NCBI RefSeq assembly: GCF_018350175.1
Contig: NC_058382.1
Location: forward strand, 56,298,001 to 56,362,000
DNA: 64,000 nt
Direction: 5' to 3'
Source of the DNA: Felis catus
Lineage: Eukaryota
The stretch's first letter is position 1. Each line of letters opens with the position of its first letter. Below the pieces are notes generated by a model. It saw only the letters and a program-made list of their open reading frames with translations. It was not told where the DNA came from and ran no database searches. Positions 40,289-52,956 of this stretch are shown one piece after another. The translations under genes and the position numbers were made by a program.

Positions 40289-40372
40289 GGAGAACGGCAC
40301 ACACAATGTATAATAGACGCCGTGAGTGAGTGGGAGAACGGCACACGCAATATATAATAGACACCGTGAGTG
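40289..40372. repeat. 44-bp tandem duplication
   Basis: ggagaacggcacacRcaatRtataatagacRccgtgagtg at 40289 and 40333. Confidence 0.95.
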
Positions 40373-40599
40373 CATTGCGTGTGCATGTGTCTGTGTATTA
40401 CTGGACAAGTAGAGAGGACTAGAGGTAAGTAAGGGAGGAAGACTGTCTAAGCCACAGGAGCAGCATCAACGAAGCCATAAAGTCATGACAGAAAATGGCA
40501 TGTTTGGGCAAAGCAACATGGTTGGAACTGGCTCCAGAGACGTGATGGTACCACTTGGGAAATGCCCTGCCGAAGAACGTGAAATACATTTCCGGTGGT

Positions 40600-41060
40600 G
40601 ATAGGTAGTTTAGGAATATGTCACAGGTCCTTCAAAACGTTCATAACCTTTGACCCAGTAATCCCACTTTTGCTAGCCATTCCGAGGCTAGCATGAAAAA
40701 GCAAACAAGCAAGCAAATAAAACTGCATGCACCGATATTTTGGTGCGTTTATTTATAATAACAAAGAATTGGAAACCCAGAAACTTTAGGAGCATAAGTA
40801 CAGGGGTATGGCTAAATGCGTGCTGACATAGCCACATGATGTCCAGCTACTAAAATTACATTTACAGAATCTGTGACACAGGAGGGAAGGAGGTTTGGTT
40901 TTTATCATTAGCTTCAAAAAGCAAGGTACAAAACTGTTCAGACCCTTCAATTCCAACTTAAGCAGAAAGTGTATTAAAACCTGGAAGGAAGGACACGGAA
41001 ATGCTATTCTGTTTGTGTGATACAGGCTTGTGAGTAAATGAATTCATTTTTTCTTCCTGA
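40600..41060 (+). mobile_element. Old L1ME 3' fragment
   Basis: ataacctttgacccagtaatcccactt...tttataataacaaagaattggaaac. Confidence 0.65.
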
Positions 41061-42637
41061 TTCCAAGTAGAATAGGTTCATTATAGAAACGTTAGAAAGT
41101 GTATCAAACTTCTGGTTGCTCTCAAATCTTTATCTCAGTGTCTGCTTCTGGAGAGTCTGTTGAGGTCTTGTTTGTTCTTATTCTTCAGTCAGTGGGCTCG
41201 GGGGTAAGAGGAAATGATAAGTCATGAGGAACCCAGAGGTGAGCAGGGGAAATGTGCTGATCATGGCAGGGAATGTGATGCTAGAGATGGAAGGACTGGA
41301 TGCCAGGAGACCCCTCAGGAGGTGGTAACCCCTTGGGAGAACAGTATGGTTGGAATGAAGTAAACCATCCATGGCATGTCAGGGTGTAGATCTTTCACGC
41401 TGAGAAAGGGAGGCAGGCGCTCTTGGGGGCTGTGGCAGGAGTGGGCAGGCTTCTCAATTTGGTTTAGGACATGTGAGTTTGGGGGGCCTGCAGGATAGTC
41501 CTGTATCATTTACTGTGGACCATCCTTGGGGAAAGCACATAGCCAACACCCAATAACTACCCACCGAATTGAAAAGAATCCTTTTTTCACATGTGGGTTT
41601 TCTAATGGGGGCTTTCTTTGAAGGCCACTCACAAATTTATGAGCTCATGCAGACCAGAAAGCATGGGATCTGGGGTACGTGCTCACACATCTAGAATGCA
41701 TTCTGAAGTTAATACAGCTGTTGAGGCAGGAATGCATATGCGTTTTAGAAAAACAAGTCCATCTGTAAAGCGCTGCAAGATGCCTCCAGGTGTTCAGAAT
41801 AGCTATTTAACATGAATATTTTATCAATGCCAGAGCAGACAGAGGGAAATTGTATCCATTATATCCCCATCACCATCACACGTGGTTGAATGGACGTCTG
41901 ACTAAAGAATCTAAATACGTTTAAAACATTTTTCACCTCCAGTGAAACTAGCGAGTCCCAGTCTGTGTTGTGATTGTGCCTGGGAGATTCATGAAATATT
42001 TTGGAGACAACTGCATCTTGGAAGTGTGGCTTGGCAAATTTTCATCCAAAGCATATGCTTTTATTTTATTTTTTAACTCGCTATTCAAATGTGAGCAAGT
42101 TGACATTTTAGAGCAAGTGGTAGAATATGTGTATGTGTGTGGGGGGGTGTTGTTGTTTTACTTCTGTCTCATTTTCAAGTTCAACTTTTTAAATACAAGG
42201 ATGGCTGCGGGGTAACAAAAAGCAGGAAAGAAAGCCTACTTAAGAAAATGTGTTTTCCAGGAATGGCTCCTCAGCTCTGACAGGGTGGTGTCAAAGGCAA
42301 GGTCAGATCTCAGACTTCTGCTTAAAACCATTCAGTGGCTTCTTGTGTTCCTCGGGATTCAGAAAAATCCTGTGGACTGGATCTGGCTCTCTCTTTCCAG
42401 CCTCTTCTTGGGGCTTCTTTGAGCCCTAGACCTTTCTGGTCTTTGGCCATCTTCTGCCTCTGTGCCTTCTTCCATGCTGTTCCCCAAGCCCGGAACTCTT
42501 CCTCCTCCTTGTCCCTCGAACCTGGATGAATTCCACTTGGCCTTCAGATCTTAGCTTCACTGTCATTTCTTCCAGAAAGTGATGGTCTTCTACTGAGTGG
42601 TTCAAGGGGTGAAACTTCTGAAAATTTTCTTTAGAAG

Positions 42638-42854
42638 TTTTTTTTTTTTAATGTTTATTTATTTCTGAGAGAGAGAGACAGACAGAGTGTAAGCAGAGGA
42701 GGGGCAGAGAGATCGGGAGACACAGCATCCAAAGCAGGCTCCAGGCTCTGAGCTGCCAGCGCAGAGCCCGACGTGGGGCTCAAACTCACAAACCATGAGA
42801 TTATGACCTGAGCCGAAGTCGGACGCTCAACCAACTGAGCCACCCAGGTGCCCC
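42638..42854 (-). mobile_element. Can-SINE
   Basis: Reverse SINEC with TSD aaaattttctttaga / aaaaatttctataga. Confidence 0.95.
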
Positions 42855-43336
42855 TCAAAAATTTCTATAGATTCAGTTACTTCAGAAAGCCATGAGAATT
42901 CTAGAATGAAAAAGTCCAAACTGAGTGTGGCAGTAATATTGTTGTTATAGAACAGATTTCCATGGTGAAGAGGAAATAAGAGTCACGGACATCCTGCTCA
43001 TTTACTTATTAGACACAACTGCGGAGAAAATACTCTGAACCGGACACTGTGCTAAGCTCATTACCTAGATTGTCCTAATTCTTATAATAACCCTTTATGT
43101 ATGTATGTATGCATGTATGTATTTATTATTTCATTTAAAACTATTTTAAAAATACCTTTTGAACACCTGCTATATGCCCGGTCTTGTGCTAGGTACAGGG
43201 GGACATAATAGCAAACTAGGGTGACACAGTGCCTGCCCTTCTGGGGCCAGGAGCCTTGTGTGGCAGACGCACATTGATTGACAGACCGATGCTGCTGAGT
43301 GAAATGTGTGAGCAGAAGCGGAGACGCAGGACCTTT

Positions 43337-43558
43337 GGATGCCTGGGTCACTCAGTCGGTTGAGCATTCATTCGACTTCAGCTCAAGTCATGAGCTCACA
43401 GTTCGTTGGTTTCGAGCCTGGCATTGGGCTCTGTGCTGACAGCATGGAACCTGCTTTGGGTTCTCTGTCTCCCTCTCTCTCTGCCCTTCCCCTGTTCATG
43501 CTCGCTCTCTCTGTCTCTCAAAAATAAATAAATATTGAAAAATAATAATAAAAAGAAA
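43337..43558 (+). mobile_element. Can-SINE inserted in L2 debris
   Basis: SINEC head, body and tail. Confidence 0.93.
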
Positions 43559-43634
43559 AGCTGAGACAGGGGCTCTGGATGAAGGATGAACAGTAGGCAG
43601 TCCCTGCAGCAAAGAGACTGGGGATGTGGTTCTT

Positions 43635-43851
43635 TAATTTTTTTTTTTTTTTTAGCGTTTATTTATTTTTGAGACAGAGACAGAGTATGAACGGGGGGAA
43701 GGGCAGAGAGAGAGGGACACAGAATCGGAAGCAGGCTCCAGGCTCTGAGCCATCAGCCCAGAGCCCGACGCGGGGCTTGAACTCACAGACCGCGAGATGG
43801 TGACCTGAGCTGAAGCCGGACGCTTAACCCACCGAGCCACCCAGGCGCCCC
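43635..43851 (-). mobile_element. Young Can-SINE (SINEC_Fc)
   Basis: CpG-intact with perfect 16-bp TSD tggggatgtggttctt. Confidence 0.97.
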
Positions 43852-45304
43852 TGGGGATGTGGTTCTTAAGCTGAGAGTAGAAGAGAGTCAAGTAGAGGGG
43901 AGGGGAGGGGGGCATTTCTAGCTGAAGAGCCCTTAGGTAAGCTTTTACCTGTGGATCCCGATAGGGCTTGTGCAGCAGAAGCAGAGCCAGGAAGACAGTG
44001 AGGGCACCTAAGGTCAGAGATGTCATCCAGAGCCAAACGTGCTGCCCCCTCCCAGGCCTCAGCAGCATTGGAGGCTCCATCCTTTGACAAGGGGAAGCAA
44101 ATACTGAATTAGTAAGGGGAAGGGGGAGATTTTAAAAGATTTTCCTGGCTGCTAGACAGAGAACTTCTGGAAGCACCATTCAAATTACAAACCCTTCTGA
44201 TGAAACCTTCTTGTCTCCATTGACTTCTTTGAGCAAAGCCATTTCTTTTCTGCCCTAACCACACATAGCAATGGAAATAATTACATTGGGGTATTTATTC
44301 CGTCTTTGGTGCTAATCATTCAGAGGCTCTGCTATCGGTCCTTCCATTGGAAGGTTACTTGTTAGATTGGCCATCCCCAAAGTCTCTGATAGGTGACTTT
44401 CATCCTAGGAGACATTGTTTCTGATATCACTGGAGATCACTTCTAGAAGAGCGTGTGGGGCATGGAGACTCTAGGAGACAGTGGCTTATGTCCATCTCTC
44501 CCATCTGCATACCAGCAACCCTTGAAAAGCATGTGTGGCATAATTCACAGTAGCAGACTGGCTTCATCCCACCCTCTGGATCCGCCAGCCATCATCTTCC
44601 CCTTCAACCCCCCTCTTCCTTCATGTAATGCCTGCTGCCATACCGTGGGGTGATCTCTGCAGGACGAATGGGCAATTTCCACATCACCCCATTTGATTGT
44701 CATCAAAACTCTGTGCAGTGAACCTACAGCAGATGACAGCACAGCTGACATTTGGCCTCCAGAATATTCGGGAAACAGAGAGTTGGAAATGAAGCAAGCT
44801 CTCCTCAGTATCTTGGCTCTCAAACCTCCTAAATTTGCTGCTGAAAGTCTGATGTTTGTTGATTGTTTCTTCCTTAAGTAGGCAAACTTCAGCCCCAGGA
44901 GTTAATAAAGCAAATTTTAAGTCTCGCCCCAGGTCCAGCAATGCTGGCTGAACCACACATTTGATTGCATACGAAATGTGAGCGGAGAAGCACAGACCCT
45001 CCTCCTGGCAACTTTCAGCACAAGGAGATCAGCTGCAAGAATGGAATAAATTGGAGATTGATTTCTTCAGCTCCATTCATTTGTAGAAATTTGCAGACAA
45101 TTAAGCTGTCCCCCTGCAGTATAGGTAGCTGATCCTTTTAGCCAAAGGCTGATTGAGATTTGCTCTCTATCCTCTGCACAAGTAGAGTTGTGATTCTCCA
45201 AGCACACTTGAGTAAACAGGGCCAAGGAATTCTGTTCTGCGGACGTGGACCTCCCTGCAAAGGTGGTCACCAGCTGTGGCCTGTGGAGACAAAAAGCATC
45301 AGGC

Positions 45305-45525
45305 TTAGATTAGAGCAGGGGGCCCTGGAGTCACAGATGTCAGGGTTCCTTCACCTCGCTTAACAGCTTTGACTTTGGGTGAGTCTCTTACACCTTTGAG
45401 CCTCAGGAGAACGGATATGGCAATTCTACCTGTGAGTTGTTGGGTGGGTTAAGTGGGATACTGTTACAGTGTGCCTAGCGCGGTGCCTGGTACCCTCCTA
45501 CTCCATTAATGTCAGTATTTGCTAT
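45305..45525 (+). mobile_element. MIR
   Basis: ggccctggagtcacag...gactttgggtgagtctctta...gtgcctagcgcggtgcctgg. Confidence 0.65.
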
Positions 45526-46619
45526 AGCAGATTTGGTGAGTCTAGGACAAGGATGCCAAGTAAATCTTTGGATTCGAAAGATGCGGAAGAAACAGGCTCT
45601 GTGACCTTGAGACTAGAGTTTGGAATGCAAGCTTCAAACTCTCCAAAGGAATGATCTTCAGGATTCTTTAACCTGTACGTGGTATTCAAACCCCAAAGCA
45701 TCACACCGCTGCATCAACCAGGCTCCCCACTGTCTGGGAAGAACATGTGACCTTCCCACCTTGATCTACAAGACTGTCCACAACAGGGCCAGGTTGACTG
45801 TTTGAGTCTCACCTGGCACTGCCCTCTCCTAACTCCCTGCCTCTCCAGAGAGGATGCTGCTTCTGGAAGGCTTTGCCTTATTGAAATCTCTGCTCTGAGC
45901 ACACAGTTTTGCCCAGAAGTTATAATAGTAGTAGAGAGAACAAGGGCAGAAGCTTGTGGCTTTTTTATTAAGTTTGTACCGGTTTTCCCTCTCATTTATT
46001 TCCTGATGCAAATACAGCAGCGAGGAGAGAAGGAAAGGCAGACAGCAGTTCTCCAGACACTGCCGGCTCATGTGAGGGTCGGCTCGTGAAGATCCTCATG
46101 GCTAGACAGGTCCAAGCTCCTTTGGGGCCATGTGTTCTGCGTACAGGGAACAGGGTGATTCCTCTCAAACCTCACTGCTTTCTTGGGGTGGCCTCAGCTG
46201 GGTGTGGGAGGGGACAATGACAACCAAAACCTGGAGTGGGGTTCCAGCTCTGGAGCCCCGTCTGGGAAAAGCTTTCTGTCCTCCACTCCTGGAGCACCTG
46301 GACCTTGTAGTTACCAATTCTGGGCATCTTGCCTTAATGGGTGTCGCGGGTGGGATCTGTGGTAATAAAGCTTGTGACGGGATCCCGGTGTGAGGAGGCA
46401 TCTGCACCTGTTGGGGGGTGGGGGGCGAGAGGAACGGGAGTCTCAGCCATCGTGGGACCAGCAGGGACTCTGGGTGACCCCTGCACGTGGACCCACTTGG
46501 GGAGAGGGGATCGGGTCCCTTACCAGTCACTGGGTATCGGCTACATCCCTCCCTCCTTCACAACCCTCACACCGTGGAGGCAAGTCCACAAAAACACTGT
46601 GGAAAATATTGTGGCTCTC

Positions 46620-46830
46620 TTTTCTGAAACATCCCAAGAAGGCAAATGTGTGCATACAGAAAGTAGATTCGTGGCAGCCTGTGGCCGGGCTCAGGGTGAT
46701 GGAAAAGTTCTAAAATTAGACGGTGGTGATGACCGCCCAACTCTGTGCATTTCCTGAAAACCACTGCAATGCATACTTAAAAACAGGTGAATTTGCTGGC
46801 CCTTAAATTCTACCTCAAAAACACCTTAAA
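46620..46830 (+). mobile_element. L1MB-like 3' end fragment
   Basis: ggcaaat...acagaaagtagatt...gatggaaaagttctaaaattaga.ggtggtgat...caactctgtg. Confidence 0.75.
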
Positions 46831-47029
46831 GATGCTGCAGGAAGTAAGGGCAGAGGGACGCCAGCTCTGCCTTTCCCCAAATCACTCAGACCAGCGTTTG
46901 CAGAGGGACCGGTGTGCCCTGTGAAGGCAGAGCTGGAAAAAGGAAGAAACACAACAAAGAAGCATCGTCATGTGTCTCTCTGTAAATCTGTTCCTCACAT
47001 AACATGTCTGGGTTTGTTTTTTTTTAATT

Positions 47030-47530
47030 GTAAGTGGGCTTCTGTCATTTCTCAGCTTAAACCGCACTCCCCCTCCAAGACTCACTTGTCATGCCAGTAT
47101 CTGAATTCCCTTTACTGGGTCCCTGACTGGTCTCCTCCCACTCCCCTCAGGTGCTCCTGCCAAACAGGTGGCCTCCCCGCAGCTCAACAAGCCAGGTGTG
47201 CTCCCTCAGCCTGGCAGTCCCTCCTCCCTGTGCCCACATGGCTCCCTCCTCCTTCATCCTTCATTGCCACCTGTGGGCCCTTCCCCTGGACCCTCTGTCT
47301 ACAACGTCAGCATCCACCCGCCCTGCACACATTCACTATCCCCCCTCCCACTTGTTTGTGCTTCTGGGCCATCGTTCTGTTTGTCTGTCTTCCTGCTCTA
47401 GAATCTGAGCTCCGTGGGGACAGAGGCTTGTCTCTTGTACACTGCACTTTCCCAGATGCCTAGAATTACTACTGGCAGAGAGGAAGGGCTCCATGTAGAG
47501 TTTCTGAAGAAGTGAATAAATGAACGAATA
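47030..47530 (+). mobile_element. L2 3' fragment
   Basis: ctagaatctgagctccgtggggacagaggcttgtct...gatgcctagaa...gaataaatgaacgaat. Confidence 0.7.
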
Positions 47531-48499
47531 CGAATCCACTCTTCCTGCCCTCGTCACGGTCTTCGTTTCTTTCCTCCTTCCTCATTCCCTGCCCCCCCCA
47601 GCCCCTCCCCTGTCCACAGCTGCAGGGGTCTCCCCCTTATTTCCAGCATGCTCTTTTTACTGTGTGACATGACACCCCCAGGGAGCGTGAACCTTGCTTC
47701 TAAGACACTGCCAATTTCTCCTGAGATTGAGAAGAAGGGAGGAAAGCAAATGGGATTGTAAACCCAAACACCCTACAAAAGGAAGGCGAAGGCTCCGGTG
47801 AGCCCGCAGGAGAGGAGAGACATTCTGGGAAGGGGTGCAATTCTCCTATAATAAAGTCCTGCAAGATCACGTCTCCCCGAGGACACCGCTCTGCCCTTTG
47901 ACTGAAGTGAAATTGGTTGAGGCTGCTGCAGCCCTCCTTCTGTTCCAGGCTCAAAGGTGCTGGGGATCATTGTCCAGCCAGTTCAGGGTTGTAGGGAGGC
48001 TCCCGTGAGAGGCACACGCCTGTGCATGTGCACCTGTGGCTGAAAAAAACCATCTCGGTTTCAAGCAGGAAGGTGTATTGTGTGTGTTGTGTGTGTCCTT
48101 GGGTTTAGGCTTGTCATGTGTGGCTGTTGCGTGGTTATCTATTCATGAGCATGTGTGAGTCTGTGGGCGTGTACACGTGCACGTGTGAGTATTTGTGTTT
48201 GACGCTGATTTTGATGTTAGTGTGCCTGCATCTGACGGGTCTGGAAATCTAGAGACGGTGGTGTGTCCGTGTGTGTCTGTGTTAAGATCTGGCCTTAGGC
48301 CACCCTCAGCTGAATTACTCACTCGTAAAAGGGACTGAGTGGCTTGTCTTCATTTCCTCACATCCCTGTCCTGGTATTAATAAGACCCATCCTTCACTTT
48401 TGTGCTGTTCTTTGCAGAGCACAGACTGCTTCCCCACACAATTTCTCATTTCATTCTGATAATCAGGAGCACGGGCAGATGACCTTCCTTCACAGATGA

Positions 48500-49300
48500 G
48501 AAATTCCCCTTCAACCTCTCTCTGTCCTCAAGGAAAGCAGCTTCCATCCTCCTCTCTTGGGCTCACTGCTGCTGATCCCCTCCTTCCCGCCTCGTTGGGG
48601 CACCTGCCCCCATCACTTGTCCTCTGCACTCATCTGCAGCCATGCTTATGACTTCCTTCCGCTAGCCCTTTCGTCCTCGTGCCCAGCACACTTCCTGGTC
48701 TCCCCTTGAACTGACAGGCTTCTTCCCAAGTCCCTTCTCTCCTTCCCGAGGCTCTCCTTTCCTTCCGCACCAAAGCCCTCACTTCTCATTGATTCCTGAA
48801 TTCGACCCTAACACACTGGTAAGCTGCTCTTCCTAAGATCAATACCTGTTCATTGTCAAGCCCGACAGCCTCCTTATGGCTTTCGGGTTGTTGGAGGGGA
48901 TGTCTGCATTGGGTGATACGGTCATGTCCCCCTTCCTTTTTGACATTCTTATCTCTTCATCCTTCTGGGTTTTCCCTTTTTGCACCTAATCTTTCTATGG
49001 CTTTTGCTGGCCTTTTCAGAAACCCAGTGAATGGTTGAGTTCCTGCCTCTGCCCTCTGGACATAGTGTGGATGATGTCAGCTTTGCCTTTCCTTGCCTTT
49101 CCTTCCCTTTCTTTCCAGCTACCCTTGTTTGTAGTTGATTATGATAACTCTCTCCCTCATTCATTGCTCCCTCCCGAATACAATTCGTGATACCCCCTCT
49201 AGAAATCTCTGTGGGATATCCAACAGCCCCTCAAGTCTACCTGTCTACAGCATGCAACATCTGTACCCAGAACTGCCGTTTTTGTCTTTTTGTTTTTCTC
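48500..49300 (+). mobile_element. L2 internal fragment
   Basis: Pyrimidine-rich L2-like motifs aagctgctcttcctaagatc, ctgcattgggtgatac and atccttctgggttttcc. Confidence 0.55.
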
Positions 49301-49348
49301 TTTGCCCACTATCTTGGCAGTGGCAACATCAGAAGTCATGAGGTCTTT

Positions 49349-49561
49349 GGACACCTGGGTGGCTCGGTCGCGTAAGCATCCGACTTTGGCCCAGGTCATG
49401 ATCCCCTGCTTCATGGGTTCGAGCCCCGTGCTGGGTTCTGTGCTGACAGCTTGGAGTCTGCAGCCTGTTTCAGATTCTGTGTCTCCCTCTCTCTCTGCCC
49501 CTCCCCCACTCTCACTCTATCTCTCTGTCTTCCAAAAATAAATAAATATTTTAAAAAAAAA
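49349..49561 (+). mobile_element. Can-SINE
   Basis: SINEC head, body and tail. Confidence 0.95.
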
Positions 49562-51434
49562 GACATCATGAGATCATCAGACAGCTTCCCCTTTGCCCTG
49601 ATGTTCCATTCTTCCCCACACCCTATCTCTTCTCCTTCTGTAAACAGCTCTTAGGTTGGTCGCATTTTTTTATCCCCACTGTTTCTGTTTTCTTTCCTTG
49701 AGGTTACATTCACAGCCTGGTGCATTCAAAGGCTTCACATGAGGGACTGACAGATACAAACACACACAGTTAGGCATAAACATTTTTATACAACACATCT
49801 GTCTAGATATGCATAAAGTGTATGATTGCCAGTCACATCAGATGTATGGCTCCTACATGGTCCCTGTCACACGGAAACACATGGCTTCAAAGCATACCAA
49901 CAAACCATTTAGCACAGACCTGATCAAAGTTAGACACGCAAGCAAGTATACAGATAGACATTTGTCAACAAATACAGTTAGATATACACGTATATCACAA
50001 GGACGAAAGCGGACCTATTGACATAAAAGCTCGGTCACGGACAACAAGTATTTGTTGAGGTCTCCGCCATTGTAAGGCGAAAAGTTGGGTGACATAATAT
50101 GTCCTGGCCCCAGCGATTCCTTAACACGCCCACCATGGAGGACTCCGGTGCACATGGAGACATCTCTAAAATCAGTCATTCCCACCTTCTACCCTGTTCC
50201 CTTCTACGTGCACTTTGCCATCTTGAGCTCAGAGCTTCCTGCTTCTTTTCTTAGGCATTTTTGACCCAAGGGCTGACATAGCTGTGCTTGTTGCTAAGCT
50301 CTGGGCTGCTTTGAGAGTTGGGGAAATGGACTGGCCACTTCAGGCTTGACTCGCTAATAATAAGCTAGGAGGACACCAGATGTGGGAATGGGGACTCAGG
50401 GACCTGACCTCCTAAGTACTCGTGAGAACAAAAATACCACCCATTCACAGACCTGCAAACTCAAACAAGGCCTTTATTACAAACAATGGAAAGTTTGTTA
50501 TTGACGACACAGTGTGCTTTTTCATTACTTTAGACACATTTGCACATATATTCTCATAATGAACTAAAGCCTACTTTTGCTGTGTCACAGAGCCAAATCA
50601 CCTATTCTTTATATTTGCCTAGGACTTTAAATCTTTTAAGAGGGCTTTCTGAGACATTCTCTCATCTGAACCTCAAGATTCTTTTTATTGTAAATGAGAT
50701 TCGTATGTTGTACATATTTTACATATTTTCTATTCTTTTGGTACTTCCTAGTAAACCAGCAGAATGTTCCCAGATGTTACATGTCAGTGTTCTGTGAATA
50801 TAATCCACTGTGGTTTTCATTGTCTTATTATTGTCTATTTCATTTTCTCTTTTCCTAGCCTGTCTTTTGCTTGGTTAGACCGGGTTATTTTGTTGGTGGT
50901 AGTTGGTTGGGTGGGTGGATTTGTTGTTGTTTTAACCCCTCTTACTTTTTCTCCATTACATATACACACTCTGGTTTTCTGTCTTTACCTGAATATTAAT
51001 TATTTTGTCTTCCCAGAGACCAAACAGTTTTATTTGCACTCATGCATTGAGATTTTGAATATCATTCTTCCATGTTTATATAAGAAGAGAAGATGCCCAA
51101 TATTGCATTCTATGTTTCCCTACACATTTTATCCTAGATATTCCCTCTACTAACTAGGTGAATTGAACAAGCCCCGCCACCTCTATAAACTTGATATTCC
51201 TCATTGTTTGAGGAAGACCATGATTTACTAGAGATATTAATTGCAAATATTAGAGTGAACACATGTAAAGTGCCCAGCACGTTGCCTAATGCACACTTAA
51301 GAGACTGTATGTAGTCTATGGTGGTGATTATGAGCGCAGTCAAATGTGGTATTAGAGGTTAGAACATGGTCTTTGCACCTACATTACTGGTAACCATCTA
51401 AGAGTGTCTCTTGCTAATGGACCCAAATTCAACC

Positions 51435-51670
51435 TTGTCTTGCAGTTGAATGTCTAAGTTGTTTGCCATGTTTACCCTTTATAAATAATGTCTGGTGAAC
51501 ACTTGCCTGCATATAGCTTTATTCTCCTTTTGAATTTAGCATGTGAATGTATTCCTAGGAATGATATCACTGAGTGAAGGGGTATGAACATGTATAAGAT
51601 TCCTGGTAAATAATTATTGCCCGATTGTGTTCCACAAGAGAACCATCAGATTACACTGCCACCAAAATCT
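51435..51670 (-). mobile_element. Old L1ME fragment
   Basis: tgaatgtctaagttgttt...attcctaggaatgatatcactgagtgaaggggtatgaacat. Confidence 0.6.
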
Positions 51671-51758
51671 AGAGAAAGATCATAGAAGCTTTCTTAGCCT
51701 TAGCTGATCTTGTTTCCTGTTTGACTTTTCTTATATAGATTTTTCTTTAAAACTACAT

Positions 51759-51759
51759 A

Positions 51760-51799
<40 letters not shown>
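51759..51799 (+). repeat. (CA)n microsatellite
   Basis: Direct observation. Confidence 0.96.
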
Positions 51800-51802
<3 letters not shown>

Positions 51803-52839
51803 AATATACACATCGTTTTGTGGAGTGTGGATCAATGATGGTATTTAAATACCATTTGCCGCCTTTTGGTAGGAACTTGTCATCCAAAGTTCGAGACGAT
51901 TTGGATGATATATAACGTAACTTCAGCTAGTACTGGCATTGAATGAGATTGGTTTATATACTGAAAATGATGTTCCACTTTCAGTCCTCTGATCAGATCA
52001 AGGGGAAAGTCTCAGCTTGGTGCTAACGCTTTAATGCCCCACTACCCCCTTGCTTATTTTCCTTTTAGAAAGAGGAGCTGATTTCCCCCCTGAGATTCCA
52101 GTTCAAGCTGAATACCCTCATTTTTGTCTCCAGTGTGTTTATTTTCATGTGTTTCCTACTTCTTATGAAAAGCAATACCGGTCTTTATTTAAAATTATGA
52201 CATAATGTTTCCTGGTTTGCACACATGTATGTCATTGATAGTTAAATTACAGATAGGGCAGAAATCCTGACAGTGTTGTTCCAGTCATTGAAGTTGGGGG
52301 TGTAGTGCATGGGTGGTGCATTCCAACAGTTGGCCCACTAATATTAACAAATATTCCTTGACAAAATATGGACTAGGAGTCTCCATAATGCCTGGCGTAG
52401 TGTGGAATTTAGCAATTGACTCTTCTTCCCTATGCATTTATGAGTGCAAACACCTTGCAGTTGGCCATAAGGCCAGTAGCTTTTATATTCAGTGGGTTCT
52501 GGGGGTTCGTGACCAGGTACATAATCTCCTCACTTGGCAGATTAAGAACAGGAATATCCCAGCACTGAAGGATGTATAAATCAAGACTGACATTGTGAAT
52601 AGAACGATTCAGAAGATGGGATTAAAGAGCTTAATGGTAGTCATTGTGAATCACGATGTCAGCTTTAGTATGATTCTAACGATGTACTTGCTAACGCTAA
52701 TGAGGTTTGATAGAATAAAATTAACAATGTCCAAACAGCCCTATGCTTTCGCAACAAAGGAACCATATCTCAGAGCGGAGTGATACATCCTTTCCATGGG
52801 GCTATTTAGTCGATTGATTTTGGGTTTTTTCTCTTTTAG

Positions 52840-52956
52840 GATATATTTAAATTTGCAAGAACTTCTCCTGTCCCAAGACAAAAGAGGTCCATCGTGGTAT
52901 CTCCCATTTTAATTCCAGAGAATCAGAGACAGCCTTTCCCAAGAGACGTTGGCAAG
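52840..52956 (+). CDS. CDH13: Cadherin-13 (T-cadherin) internal coding exon (exon 4 in human numbering): propeptide end, RQKR cleavage site, start of EC1
   Basis: Polypyrimidine tract and acceptor (ttttttctcttttag) end at 52839 and the donor AAG|gtaagt starts at 52957. The 117 bp between them translate without a stop to [39 protein letters not shown], which I recognise as T-cadherin sequence. Confidence 0.97.

Larger units (their letters stand above)
1..52839 (+). other. CDH13: CDH13 intron upstream of the exon (3' part of intron 3)
   Basis: Ends in the acceptor at 52838-52839. No other cadherin-coding exon recognised upstream. CDH13 is known for very large introns. Confidence 0.85.

Noticed and set aside
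46912..47463. Longest listed ORF (183 aa)
   Set aside because: Largely overlaps L2 debris, has no recognisable domain, and has no convincing splice or start context.
48010..48280. TG-rich stretch
   Set aside because: Degenerate low-complexity or decayed microsatellite with no further structure seen.
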